Shown: piece after piece, positions 25,036-35,481 of the stretch
How the letters are laid out: every line of letters starts with the position of its first letter
Position numbering within the stretch: the first letter of the stretch is position 1
DNA from: Camelus dromedarius
Taxonomy: Eukaryota
Direction: 5' to 3'
Assembly (NCBI RefSeq): GCF_036321535.1
Contig: NC_087472.1
Location: 98,086,001-98,150,000 of the forward strand
DNA length: 64,000 bases
The notes under the pieces: model-generated
The model's database searches: none
Seen by the model: only the letters and a program-made list of their open reading frames with translations
What the model was told of the DNA's origin: nothing
Translations under genes and position numbers: made by a program

Positions 25036-25859
25036 GGAGCCTATAACAAAAACAGAAAATATGAGGGATTAGCAACAAAATGCCTATTGGCAGAGTTGAG
25101 ATATATGAATAAAGATAAGTAATTTGGGGACAGGTCTAAAGTGAAATGAAATCATGTGGTTTAATAACTTAGCTCAGCCAAAATGTTCAAATGGGAACTC
25201 CAATTTCCTTAAATTTTCTAGAACTACAATTAAAGCACAAAGCATAAAGATTTTTTTTTCCCTTTTCATCATCAATACAAAAGAAAATCTTTCTTTGACA
25301 CAGATGTTTACATCTGTGTCTGCCTTAGTAATTGAAAAAGGGTAAACATTTTTAAAAGATTGTTTTGATGAGAAATCCTACAGAGCCTTGGGTCACCATT
25401 CCAAACATCAGGGATCACTCCTCAGAATGATATATGTAGAAGATACTGGAAATTGAGCTCAGTGTATGGACTGAGTCAAAGATACACCTCAAATGTTGCT
25501 CTTAGATGCAATCTCTGATAATCAGCTTGCTTCTTATTGTTTCCCTCTTTCTTCTAAAAATTAAATGAACACAAAAAATGCAATGTCAGCTGGTTAAATG
25601 AATTAAGCTTTCACTCTATTTGTCTTTAAAATACTGACATACTAGAGGAAAAATCTATTCCAACTGTTCCTTACCTCTAAAATGCTAAGAAATAAGAAAT
25701 ATGTGCCTTTTATAAGATTGTAATACATGAATAAACAATTTCCTAATAAGAGCGAACTAACTGTAGGACAAGCACTAAGAAGTATCCTCATTATGACTGT
25801 TCTCATTCCAGTCATAAAAAATGGTGAAGACTCGAGTGTTTTTCTGAGAGAAGCAACGT

Positions 25860-26095
25860 AACAGAATACTGGCTTAAAGACAAATTATTTGGGTTTGAAC
25901 TCCCACCTAAACCATTTTCAAGCTGTATGATGTTGGGGAATTAAACTCTGAGCCTCATTGTCCTTATCTGGAAAATGGGGGCAATAATAGCAATTGTATG
26001 GCCATTGTGAGGATTAAATGAGTTAATACACCAGAAGCACTTAGAATGAGTACTAGACAGTTATCTAAATCTCAATGAAAATTAGCTACTTTATT
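25860..26095 (+). mobile_element. MIR SINE
   Basis: ctctgagcctcattgtccttatctggaaaatgggg..tgtgaggattaaatgagttaata..agcacttagaa. Confidence 0.8.
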
Positions 26096-27334
26096 ATCAT
26101 CACCAGATTTCATGAACATAATATATCCATCATTGCGATCTTCACATGGACATGGATACCTATCTGGGGCATTTACTCTTACACTACAGATATAAACTAT
26201 CATTAACAATAAAAAGGAAATGGAAGAGAAAAATAATAAGTAACAACTTTAGGCATCCCTGCCCACACACACATACCTCTAAATCCCCTCTCCTGTCATT
26301 TAGGTCATGAGCCTACAGATCAGGATTTGTCACAGTAGAACGAGAGCATCATCTCTGTTTATAGTGACAATCCAGTGTGAATTCTGAGAGTTCCACTTTC
26401 ATATCTTGTATATAACTTTCCACAAAAGCAACTTGTTAAATGTTCAGTTAATATGCTGTGTTTTTTAAATATGTATTATCTTTTCTAAATAAGATTTTAA
26501 AATCAAAGAAGTTCTCTGACAGACAAGGTCCTGATTTTTGGTTCTGAGAACTGCGAGAAAATGCTAGTATAAAAGGCACAAAATGGTATCCCAAGGACAT
26601 ATTTAGTTTGGCTTCCAAAGTACTGACCAAGATTTAAAATGTGGGAGATTTCACATAAAAATCCGTATTTCTGACTTCTCTCAAAAAACAAAAAACAAAC
26701 CCAGAAACCTAGCAAACCTCGATAGAGACCTTGCATGAATACAGCCTGCCGACTGCGGAACAGCACACTCATTCCTATTCACCACTACTGTGTCCCAGAC
26801 ACCGACGACCAGGGGCAACTGTCACTTATCACTACCCTTGCCCTGGCTTCTGCTGACACCCAGCCAGCTTTACTACTGTACATTATTTGAAGTTCCTCAT
26901 GGGCTGTGAGGGTATTTGAGCTTGGAACCCCTGGCTTTTGACTTGACCAAGTTCTCTGCACCTTTCAGGCACTAAACACCTTTAATTTGCCAAATCCATA
27001 CCACCCAGTCCCTGAGCCAGTGAGAACCAAGCCTCCAAGGTGTTTAGGTCAGAGGAGAGTCTGGAATTTGCTTCTTCCTCTAAGCTGGTATCTCAGAGAA
27101 CCTGAAACATCTTCACCAAGTAGCGGCTTGACTCCAATTCCCAACCCTGTTCCCAGATCATGAATCTCGTGTGATGCTGCTTGAGTCCTTCCCCTCTCAT
27201 ATTTGAGCCCTCCAAGAAAGCCAGTTGGTCAGATACCAGCAACTCCACCTTCCCAGTCCTGGTACTAGCACTCACTCACCCAGGGACTAAGCTCTGCCAT
27301 GCTGAACTCAAGGGGTCCCTCTTCAATTCTTTAG

Positions 27335-27578
27335 ACAGGCACTGTCCAATATGGTAACCACATGTCCAAAATGGTAGCCACACATGGGAACTGAACACCT
27401 GAGATGTGCTAGAAATATGAAATACACATGGGGAATAATGTTTTAGATATATTTGGTTAAACAAAATATATTATTAAACTTAATTTCACCTGCTTCCTTT
27501 TACATCTTAAATAAGGCTAGTAGAAGATGTAAAATTACGTAAGTGGCTTATACCAAGTTCTGTTGGATAGTGCTACTT
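27335..27578. mobile_element. MER3/MER33-like hAT MITE
   Basis: gcactgtccaata..gtagccacacatg..ttggttaaacaaaatatattattaaa..ttggatagtgct termini. Confidence 0.75.
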
Positions 27579-27782
27579 TAGGCAACAAAGGTAACCACTG
27601 TCCGAAGAGTTCTGCGACTCCCTACTCTCACTCCAGGGACCTGTCCCTCTAAGACAGGTCAAGTCTGCGGGCAGTCCCACGTGGATTAAGGCCCTGTCTC
27701 ACTATCTGAAATGTAGGAGATTGTTCCACATGGCCTCTTTACACAGTTTTCTGTGGAAAGATTCTCCTTTCTCTACATGTAT

Positions 27783-28717
27783 TGATACTGAGCAGGACCC
27801 TGTGCAGTCCGCCCTGGTACAAATCTTTCCGTATCCCCCCGCCCCCCCCCCCCCGCCCCCCCCCCCCCGCCCCCGTTTCTTGTTTGTAGGAAATAGGCTT
27901 CCTTGACTATCCCTGAGTTCCAAAGGGCAGATTCAAACAGTTGCTAATCTGGGAAGGGAGGGGATGCAGAAGGAAGGGCCAGGAAACAACAGCGCAGCCT
28001 TGGGGCAGAGTCCTGGTTCCTCCTCAGTATCTTCAGCTTCTGTAGGAACTATGGCCCCCCAACCCCTGCCTCTTGTTTATAGCTGATGAGAACCTTCAGA
28101 GACAGTTTTTTTCTGGGGGACACTGGGTCCACCAGGTTGCAGGCATTCTGATTAAAAGCAACTTTCCTTTTGTTACTAAGGCTGTGGCTCCTAGGATCAT
28201 ACCCCTGCCCCTCCCTCAAATAGAAACCAATTACTCTTATCTAAGTCTCAGGAGGCAGCTGCAAAGAGAAACAGTAAGAATTGCTTAGAACCTTCAAAGC
28301 CCAAGATGGTGGAAGATTTGACTTCCAGTGGACCTTGAGCCTCATTATATTAACATGCTAAATGACACACCCACCAGGGCCATGACAGCTCAAAACTGCA
28401 TGACAGCAACCAGAAAAGCCCATACAAGGAGGGAAGACAAGGCGATTGGCCCGGAAGGAAGACATGATGGCAGAAATCTCCCATAAATGTCCGGAGGGCA
28501 GCTGACTGCTTGAGTGCCTTGCCTCCCCTCTCCCCCCCCCAACCCCAGCTCTGCCTCCCACTGCTCAAGCACTTTCTTTTGTTTTCCTCTTTTGAGAAAT
28601 AAAGCGGCTTTTTTTCACTTTGTCCCTCTGCCTCTTCTGAGAATTCTTTCACAGCCAGTGGCAAGGATCCACACTTTGGTGGGCTTCCTAATTTAGGGGT
28701 CTTACTATCCACTAACA
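27783..28717 (+). mobile_element. Composite of two ERV1-like LTR segments (27783-28176 and 28177-28717)
   Basis: The first part resembles the 5' end of the 19373 LTR and has an attaaa signal. The second part resembles the 17494 LTR (ccaagatggtgga..cttccagt..gagcctca), has aataaa and ends ctaaca. Confidence 0.75.
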
Positions 28718-29292
28718 CTATTCTTACCGTTTCTAATTAAATTTGTAAAACTCCCATAGTCATGAGTGAATGAATGAATATGAGTGTATATGTGTGCATG
28801 TGCAGACTTGCATACGGGAAGTCATAAGGAAACACTAATGTGAAATTGTGTGTTTTCCCCAATGAAAAGGAAGAGAACCCTGGTAAGTTGGGAGAGTGGG
28901 GGCGGATGCTTTCTCCTCTAGAAAGGAAACAAAGTGAACCGCCCTCCCTATAAGGGTGCCAACCAGAGGCAGTTGGGCCAACCCACCATTAAGAGGCTAT
29001 GGAAACAGGTACCTAGGTACCAGTTTTTAAAGGAAAACTAAATAGCTCAGTGAAAACAACAGCAACAACAAGCCTGGAGGCCCTCACAGGGTTTGGCCCA
29101 GTCCATTTAAACCAATCTAAATCAGGGAAATTCTCAAAGATCTGAAAATCGGAGCGGTCACTTGCACTAATGCAATAGGTTTTAGTAAACCAAGTACTGC
29201 TGTCCCGAGTCAAATGCCTGCCCTACTCACATGACGTAAATGCAAGGCTGCATTTAGTATCGGCTTGCAAACCAATGAAAGATGCAAAGACC

Positions 29293-29473
29293 CTGCTACT
29301 CCAAGTGTGATCCCTGGACCTGCAGCATCAGCATCATCTGGGAGTTAGTTATGCAAATTTTTGGGTCCTAACCCAGACCCAGTTAAAAGATCCTTATTAA
29401 AATAAAACGAGATTTTGCATTTTAACGGGAAGATCCTCCTGTGATTCCTGAACACATTAAAGTTTGAGAAGTA
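29293..29473. mobile_element. MER5A-like MITE
   Basis: ctccaagtgtgatccctggacctgcagcatcagcatcatctgggag..acattaaagtttgagaagtac. Confidence 0.75.
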
Positions 29474-30474
29474 CCTGAAGTTTAACCTTCTAACTGTATT
29501 CATTTGCCTAACAACTGTTTTTGAAAATAAAACAATGGCAGCCCTCCATCTGAGTTAGTATCTCTGAAATCTGTCCCACTGGGGATCTTTCTGTTTTTCT
29601 CTTTGGATTGTAGCTAATAATACGGAATGTTTTTCAAGTAAATCAGTGGTTCCAGGTGGTTCTTGGATGGGAGCCCTGTAACATGGCTATAAAAAGCCAG
29701 ATATTTCTCTTATAAGTTTCCAACTTAAGTATTCCCTCAGGCAAATAGCTTCTGCTTAAAGGAGCAAAATACTTTCTGTAAAACAGATGAGTATCTGCGT
29801 AACTATCATACTACCTCCGTGTCCCATGTACCTCAAAATAAGGGGGGAACTGCCAAAATCAACTTAATTTTAGAGTGTCACACCCTGACACATGATAAAG
29901 GGTCTTTCACACCAAAACTGAGAAAAACAAATCAATCCACATACCTTTCATATTACTTAAAATTCTTCTACCGCCAAAAAAAATCCTGCTATATAAAAAA
30001 AAAAAACACCTCCATTATCCCTTAATTGTTTTTATATCCTTCCCAGAGCTTATAATGTAACCACTGTGATTATCTGATAAATTCTCAATCCCTTTACTCT
30101 GACCAAAGAGTGAAAAAAAAAAAACACACAAAGGGAATACTGAGTATTTTGAAATAAGACATTAATTCTTCAGTGGAATTATTTGCAAGAAGAGGACTTT
30201 CAGGTTCAAATATAAAGTATCAAACTTGGCAGAAAATTCTCCGAAGTACAAAAATCAGAAAGATCCAAATAAATGCACTTAGATGTATGGTGTTCCAAAG
30301 CAAACTTTAGTACATAGTTATGTAATACATAGCAACACATGATACCAACCAGTTGAATTACTGTGACTTAACAGATTTTTTGTGTCTCTGCCTTTAAATT
30401 CAGTGTTTAATGACCACCTGTATCCTAGCTGCTTACATATTTGTCTCTGACTGACCACAGTGGATTGCTATGGG

Positions 30475-31013
30475 TGAATGGGTGCAAAATACATCACCCC
30501 AAAATATCCCCCTTTGGCATACTGATTATTTGGGGCTGATTATTTTTGAGAGGCTGCAGACACAGGACAATCTTTGGAAACAGAGTTGAAGTTACCCTTT
30601 TGTGAGAGAAATTAACATTTATAAGGGAAATCTCCATTGTAAGGGTATGTCCCTCTCTGTACCAAGAAGAGGAAGAGAGCTAAATCTCCAGAAATTCTTA
30701 CCAATGGAGAAGGCCAGGACTTAAATCTGTATAACACTCGTACCCTTATTTACTGTGGTTTGTCTGGTAAAACCCATAACTGGCTTCCCCCACCCCTCAA
30801 CATCTTCTTTCATCTTTAGCTAGACTTGGAATTTAAGGTGGTGGCTTGGGCTATTTCTGGAATTTACTCAGTTTTCCTGGGTCTCTCCCAGGTATACAGG
30901 AAGTATGCATGTTATTGTACTTGTTTTTTTATCTCCTACTAATCTTTTATTACAAGGGGGTGTCAGCCAAGAACCTAGAACAACATGGGAAAAATTATTT
31001 TTCCTCCTGTATA
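30475..31013 (+). mobile_element. MER34A-like ERV1 solo LTR
   Basis: tcaccccaaaatatccccctttggcatactgattatt..gaagttacccttttgtgag..tcagccaagaacctagaa. Confidence 0.85.
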
Positions 31014-31199
31014 TTAGTTAATCATGCCTGAATATTTTGTTTCATGTCATTTGTAAAATATAATTCTTCACAAAGAAAATGCATACCAAAAAAAAAAACC
31101 TAACTAAATTCAAACGTCTAATTCAAAATAGACCATCTCCTCCAACACAGCTGAAACAGACAGAAAAGAACACACAGCCAAGATGAGAAATCCTTCCCT

Positions 31200-32255
31200 C
31201 TCCTCCACCTTCGAACTCAACCTCTGTCCTCAAGACTCACACCCTAATGTCTCCTCGACATCTCCACTTGGGTAACATCTCAAATTCATCATGGCCAAAA
31301 CTGAACTCGATCTTTCTTTCCAAGCCTGATCCTCCCCACAGTACTCACCTTCTCAGTTAACAGGCCTCTCATCAAATCTGTCAGCAAATGTGCTGGTTCT
31401 ACTCTCCAGAATGTATCCAGAATACCACCCTGTCTCACAACGTCCACTGCTACCACCTGGTCCAAGACACCATCCTCTCTTGCCTGGTCCCTCCCATAGT
31501 CTCCTAATTGGCCTCCCTGCTTCTATTCTTTTTTTTAAATTGAAGTTCAGTTGATTTACAATGCTGTGTTCGTTTCTGGTATGCAGCACAGGGATTCTAT
31601 TCTTGACCTGCTACAATCTCTTCTCAACACAGCAGCCAGGATGATTCTCTCAACGTAATCAAGTTGCATCAGGCGTCTACTCGAAAACCTGCATTATTTC
31701 CCCACTTCACTAAAGGTAAAAGCCAACATTCTTACAATGTCCTGCAGGTCTTATAAAATGCCACCATCCCTGTTACTGCTCTAACCTCAGTGCCTATTTC
31801 TCTCGCCCTCACTCACCCTGCTCCAGCCACGTGGAACTCCTTGCTCTTCCTTGAGGCCTCCAGGCACACCCCTGCCTTAGAGCTGTTTCATGGACTTAGA
31901 ACACTCTTTCCCCAGATGGCTGCCATATCTAATTCTTTCACCTCCTTCAAATCTTTGCCAAATGTCATCTTCACAGTGGGGCTCTCCTTGACCATCCTAT
32001 TCAGTCCTACAACCCACTCCACACAACCATACCCTCCAGCACTCCTTACTTGTCTTTATCCTGATCTTCTCTTTTCCAGAGTCCTTATCATCTTCTAATA
32101 CACTTGTTAACATATGCATTATGTTGATTTTTAGTCTTTCCCCCACAATAGAATGTCAGCTCAGGGATCTTTGTTCTCTGCTGCATCCCAAATGCCAAGA
32201 ACAGTGCCTGGTCTATAACAGGTATTCAATAAATATTAGTTGAATAAATGAATGG
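31200..32255 (-). mobile_element. L2 LINE 3' fragment
   Basis: ctcctaattggcctccctgcttc..tctcaacacagcagccagg..agaacagtgcctgg..caataaatattagttgaataaatgaatg. Confidence 0.85.
31531..31594 (-). mobile_element. 64-bp 5'-truncated L1 3' end inserted in L2
   Basis: tttttaaattgaagttcagttgatttacaatgctgtg...; 10-bp TSD ttctattctt at 31521-31530 and 31595-31604. Confidence 0.85.
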
Positions 32256-32391
32256 CATTAAAGCTCAGCTTTTATTAGTAGGTGTATCTGGTTGGGCCAT
32301 TAATGCCACTACAGCAACTACAAATAGCCACGGATAGTGGGTACCTGGAAGTGTATTACAATGCTCTTTCCATTTTCATATAAGTTTAGAA

Positions 32392-32429
32392 ATTTACAAA
32401 ATAAAAGGATTTACAAAATAAAAGGATTT
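32392..32429. repeat. 17-bp tandem duplication (atttacaaaataaaagg x2.2)
   Basis: Read directly. Confidence 0.9.
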
Positions 32430-32743
32430 CTTACTTTTATGAAGGTCTGACAGTGTTTTCTGTGAGATGAATGTCACACTTCTATACTTTTGAGAAGACA
32501 ATGTCAGGAAAGGGGAAAAAAACCCTGCATTTTATTTCTATTTCTAAATCACTTAAGAGGTGTTAAATATATTACAAATCAGTTCATCACTGGGTCTCCA
32601 GTTTCCTCAACTCTAAAACATGGAAGTCTGACTGGAAAAATCTCTATTTTTTGTAATTACAACAGTTCAAATATCCAATCATAAAATTATCTAGGCCCTC
32701 TCTTTTCCTAAGTATTGACCTAACACGTTTAATTTCTACAGGA

Positions 32744-32880
32744 AAGGGGGGAGGGTAGAGCTCAAGGGGTAGAGCGCATGCTTAGCATGCACGAGGTCTT
32801 GGATTTGGCACTGGGGGTACCTCCTCTAAAAAGTAAATAAATAAATAAACCTAATTACCTTCTCCCACAAAAAAGTAAAA
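32744..32880 (+). mobile_element. tRNA-Ala-derived SINE (camelid Vic-1-type)
   Basis: ggggagggtagagctcaaggggtagagcgcatgcttagcatgcacgagg head; taaa repeats plus cctaattacct tail; perfect 14-bp TSD taatttctacagga (32730-32743 and 32881-32894). Confidence 0.85.
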
Positions 32881-33144
32881 TAATTTCTACAGGAGAAATT
32901 CTGGCTCTATGTGGCATGATTTCACCCTACTGACTCACTTCTAAATTTTCTTAATTTTCGTAACATTCTACATTTGAATCTGAGTTTTTAGATAATATGG
33001 TACTGCAGGAATTCCTCTTTGAAGGAAAACTGTTACAAGATTCATCACTCTAAGAGCTTGAAAGCTGACACTGGCCTGTTGACCTTATTCATGCCAGATC
33101 TGGTTGACCAGCATTGCTTTTATCAGCTACAGAATAGCACTTAC

Positions 33145-33273
33145 CATCTCCTTCTTGTCTTCCTGGAAGTGTACATCCACAAACATTTTTCCAACAACAT
33201 AAGGGAGGGTACTTTCAATAAAGTTTACACATTTGTCCCACTGAGGCAACAAAGTTGTGGTCCCCTGGATTAC
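33145..33273 (-). CDS. PHEX: PHEX exon 11 (129 nt): [43 protein letters not shown]
   Basis: Acceptor ...cccacAG|GTAATC and donor GAGATG|GTaagt; translated by hand; WxxCV motif. Confidence 0.97.
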
Positions 33274-35195
33274 CTGTGGGAGATAATTTATCCAGATTGA
33301 GCTTCACTTAGATAAAACCCATGGCTGAAAAAATGCAAACAATCTGAAGAAAACAGTGTACAAAACACTGCATACTCCAACCAATAAACATGTGTCAGAG
33401 AGTAAAGTGAAAGATAAAATCAATCAAAGAAAACTACTGTTTGTCCCAGTTATATTTAAAACTAAATGAAAATATTTTGAGAATGGAAATTAATACAGTC
33501 CTTCTTTCCTTCCAATTTTCCCCATTAAACAAAGGATTTGGACAACAGCATAGCTTGTCTGCAGTTAGCAGGGACATGAGGGATGCTGTCCAAGTGCCCA
33601 GATAGTATTTATTATCTATTGAGAACTGAAGTTCCACCACAAAAGGTCTAAAATCAATACATGATCAAAGTTCCTGCCCAGCTCTGGGAAGTACACTCAC
33701 AAGGCAGACCAGGAGAACACGCCCACCATCAACCACCCAGGAAGTGTATTTACATTGTGTCGTAATAGAACATACTGATGACCAAGTAAAAAACACATGT
33801 AAATGCTTTTCCCATCTGTCCCAATCAAATAGCTTTAAGAAAACATTTACAAACAAATAAAGAGGTTCCAAAGCAGGACTTGGAAGGCTCAAAGGTTTAC
33901 TCTTGGGGATGAAAGCAAAGAAAAAAAATCTCATTTAAACTGTCCTTGTAGGTCGGGAGTTTGGCGCACTCAAAATGCAAAAGTGAAGGCAGACAGCAAG
34001 GAAGCGAGGCCCTGAGAATGGTGGCTGGAGGTGTCCCTTGAACGCTGTTAGACACAGGCTGTTGGTACAGGGCAGATGGGGTTAACACTGAAGTACATAT
34101 ATACTTCCTCTATTTTCTGATAACACAACCCCTCTCAGAGGTAAGAAATGAATCTATTTTTAAAACCTCTAGAGAAAGAGATCCTACAATCTTCTCTGGC
34201 AATTCAGTATTATATTTAGCACTTTACACTCAAGAAACATCCCCTCATACCAAACCTCAAATTTTCACACACTACTTCTGACACCTCTCCCTCTTATTCT
34301 CTTCCCAGTGGGGGTGGAAAGCAGCTGGGTACCATCTTTTATGTGATCCATGGGAGTTAAAAAGACAGACACACACATATATATAATCTACTTGTTTTGT
34401 AGCTTAACCCTTTGATGTGACCTCAGTATATATAGTTGTTTTATGATGTGCTCTATAAAGCTCAATATTCTAGTGACTTGAAGGGCCACAATATATCCAA
34501 AATAATTGCTATTCCTCAAGAGTAATGACCCATTAAGAAGTTCTCTACCTATCACTTTCTCTAATAACTAAAATGTCTGTTAAATGAAATTACAGCTTAT
34601 AAACTTTGTCATTACTTAATTCCAGAATGGGAGAAAAATGAACTTAAAGTATTTTTTAAGTCACAAAATTTTTTAAACGTAAAAAAACCCCACAAAATTC
34701 TTAAGTCTTGAATTAGAAGAATTACATACACAATAGCCTCCGAAACAAAGAGTAACATGTATATAAGTTCAGAGGAGACCAAGAGTGGGAGAGAAGGTCT
34801 CAGAGCCTGGAGAAGAAGAGGAGAAAAAAAGTGTTTTGGGCAGCTGAGTCACATCTCACAGGAGACTAAATTTAGGCCTCTTGGGCCTAGCAGAATTAGA
34901 ATGAATGAAAAACTGAAGATCAGGGTAAGGTTCAAGACAAAACTCTATCCTGAAGATGAAACTTTATCATCTAATACATGTATCATGCATATTTTGAATG
35001 TTCAGAATACTGGAAATGAAAGATAGTTACAAATATATCACTAAGAAATATTACAATTATAATTACAGTGACCCAGTTAAAAACACTGGGGCAAAAAGGT
35101 AATAAATTGGTAAGAATAGTAAAGTCAAAACAATGTGGTGGTCCTAAGTATTGCCCTAAATATCCTTATATAGCCTCATCAACGTAGAGCTTGAG

Positions 35196-35255
35196 TATAC
35201 TTTACTGTATGTAAGGTTTACCTCAACAAAAAGAAATAAAGAAAAAAAAAAAAAA
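35196..35255 (+). mobile_element. 60-bp L1 extreme 3' end plus poly(A)
   Basis: tatactttactgtatgtaaggtttacctcaac plus A-tail; 12-bp TSD gtagagcttgag (35184-35195 and 35256-35267). Confidence 0.8.
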
Positions 35256-35387
35256 GTAGAGCTTGAGCTGCAAAACTCCCTCTGCCCAATCCCTAAAGAT
35301 GATTTTTACTGGATTAGTTAATATATAGACTGTTCCAGCATGTAAAGTTATCCAGTGATGTAAGACTGCAATGTTCTCAAAACTTAC

Positions 35388-35481
35388 CCGTGAGAATTCC
35401 AGCCACCTATACTGAAAGCGCCTGCTAAGGTTTGGAATTCTGGAATAAACCATCCTCCACACCAAATAGTTGGCAATGGTC
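35388..35481 (-). CDS. PHEX: PHEX exon 10 (94 nt): [31 protein letters not shown]
   Basis: Acceptor ...gttaacAG|GACCATT and donor TCACGG|GTaagt; M13-family NYxxW motif; embedded in ORF 35223..35573(-). Confidence 0.98.

Noticed and set aside
32746..32825. Possible tRNA-Ala(AGC) gene
   Set aside because: T-arm/B-box is disrupted, and it has a SINE tail and a 14-bp TSD, so it is a retroposed SINE rather than a tRNA gene.
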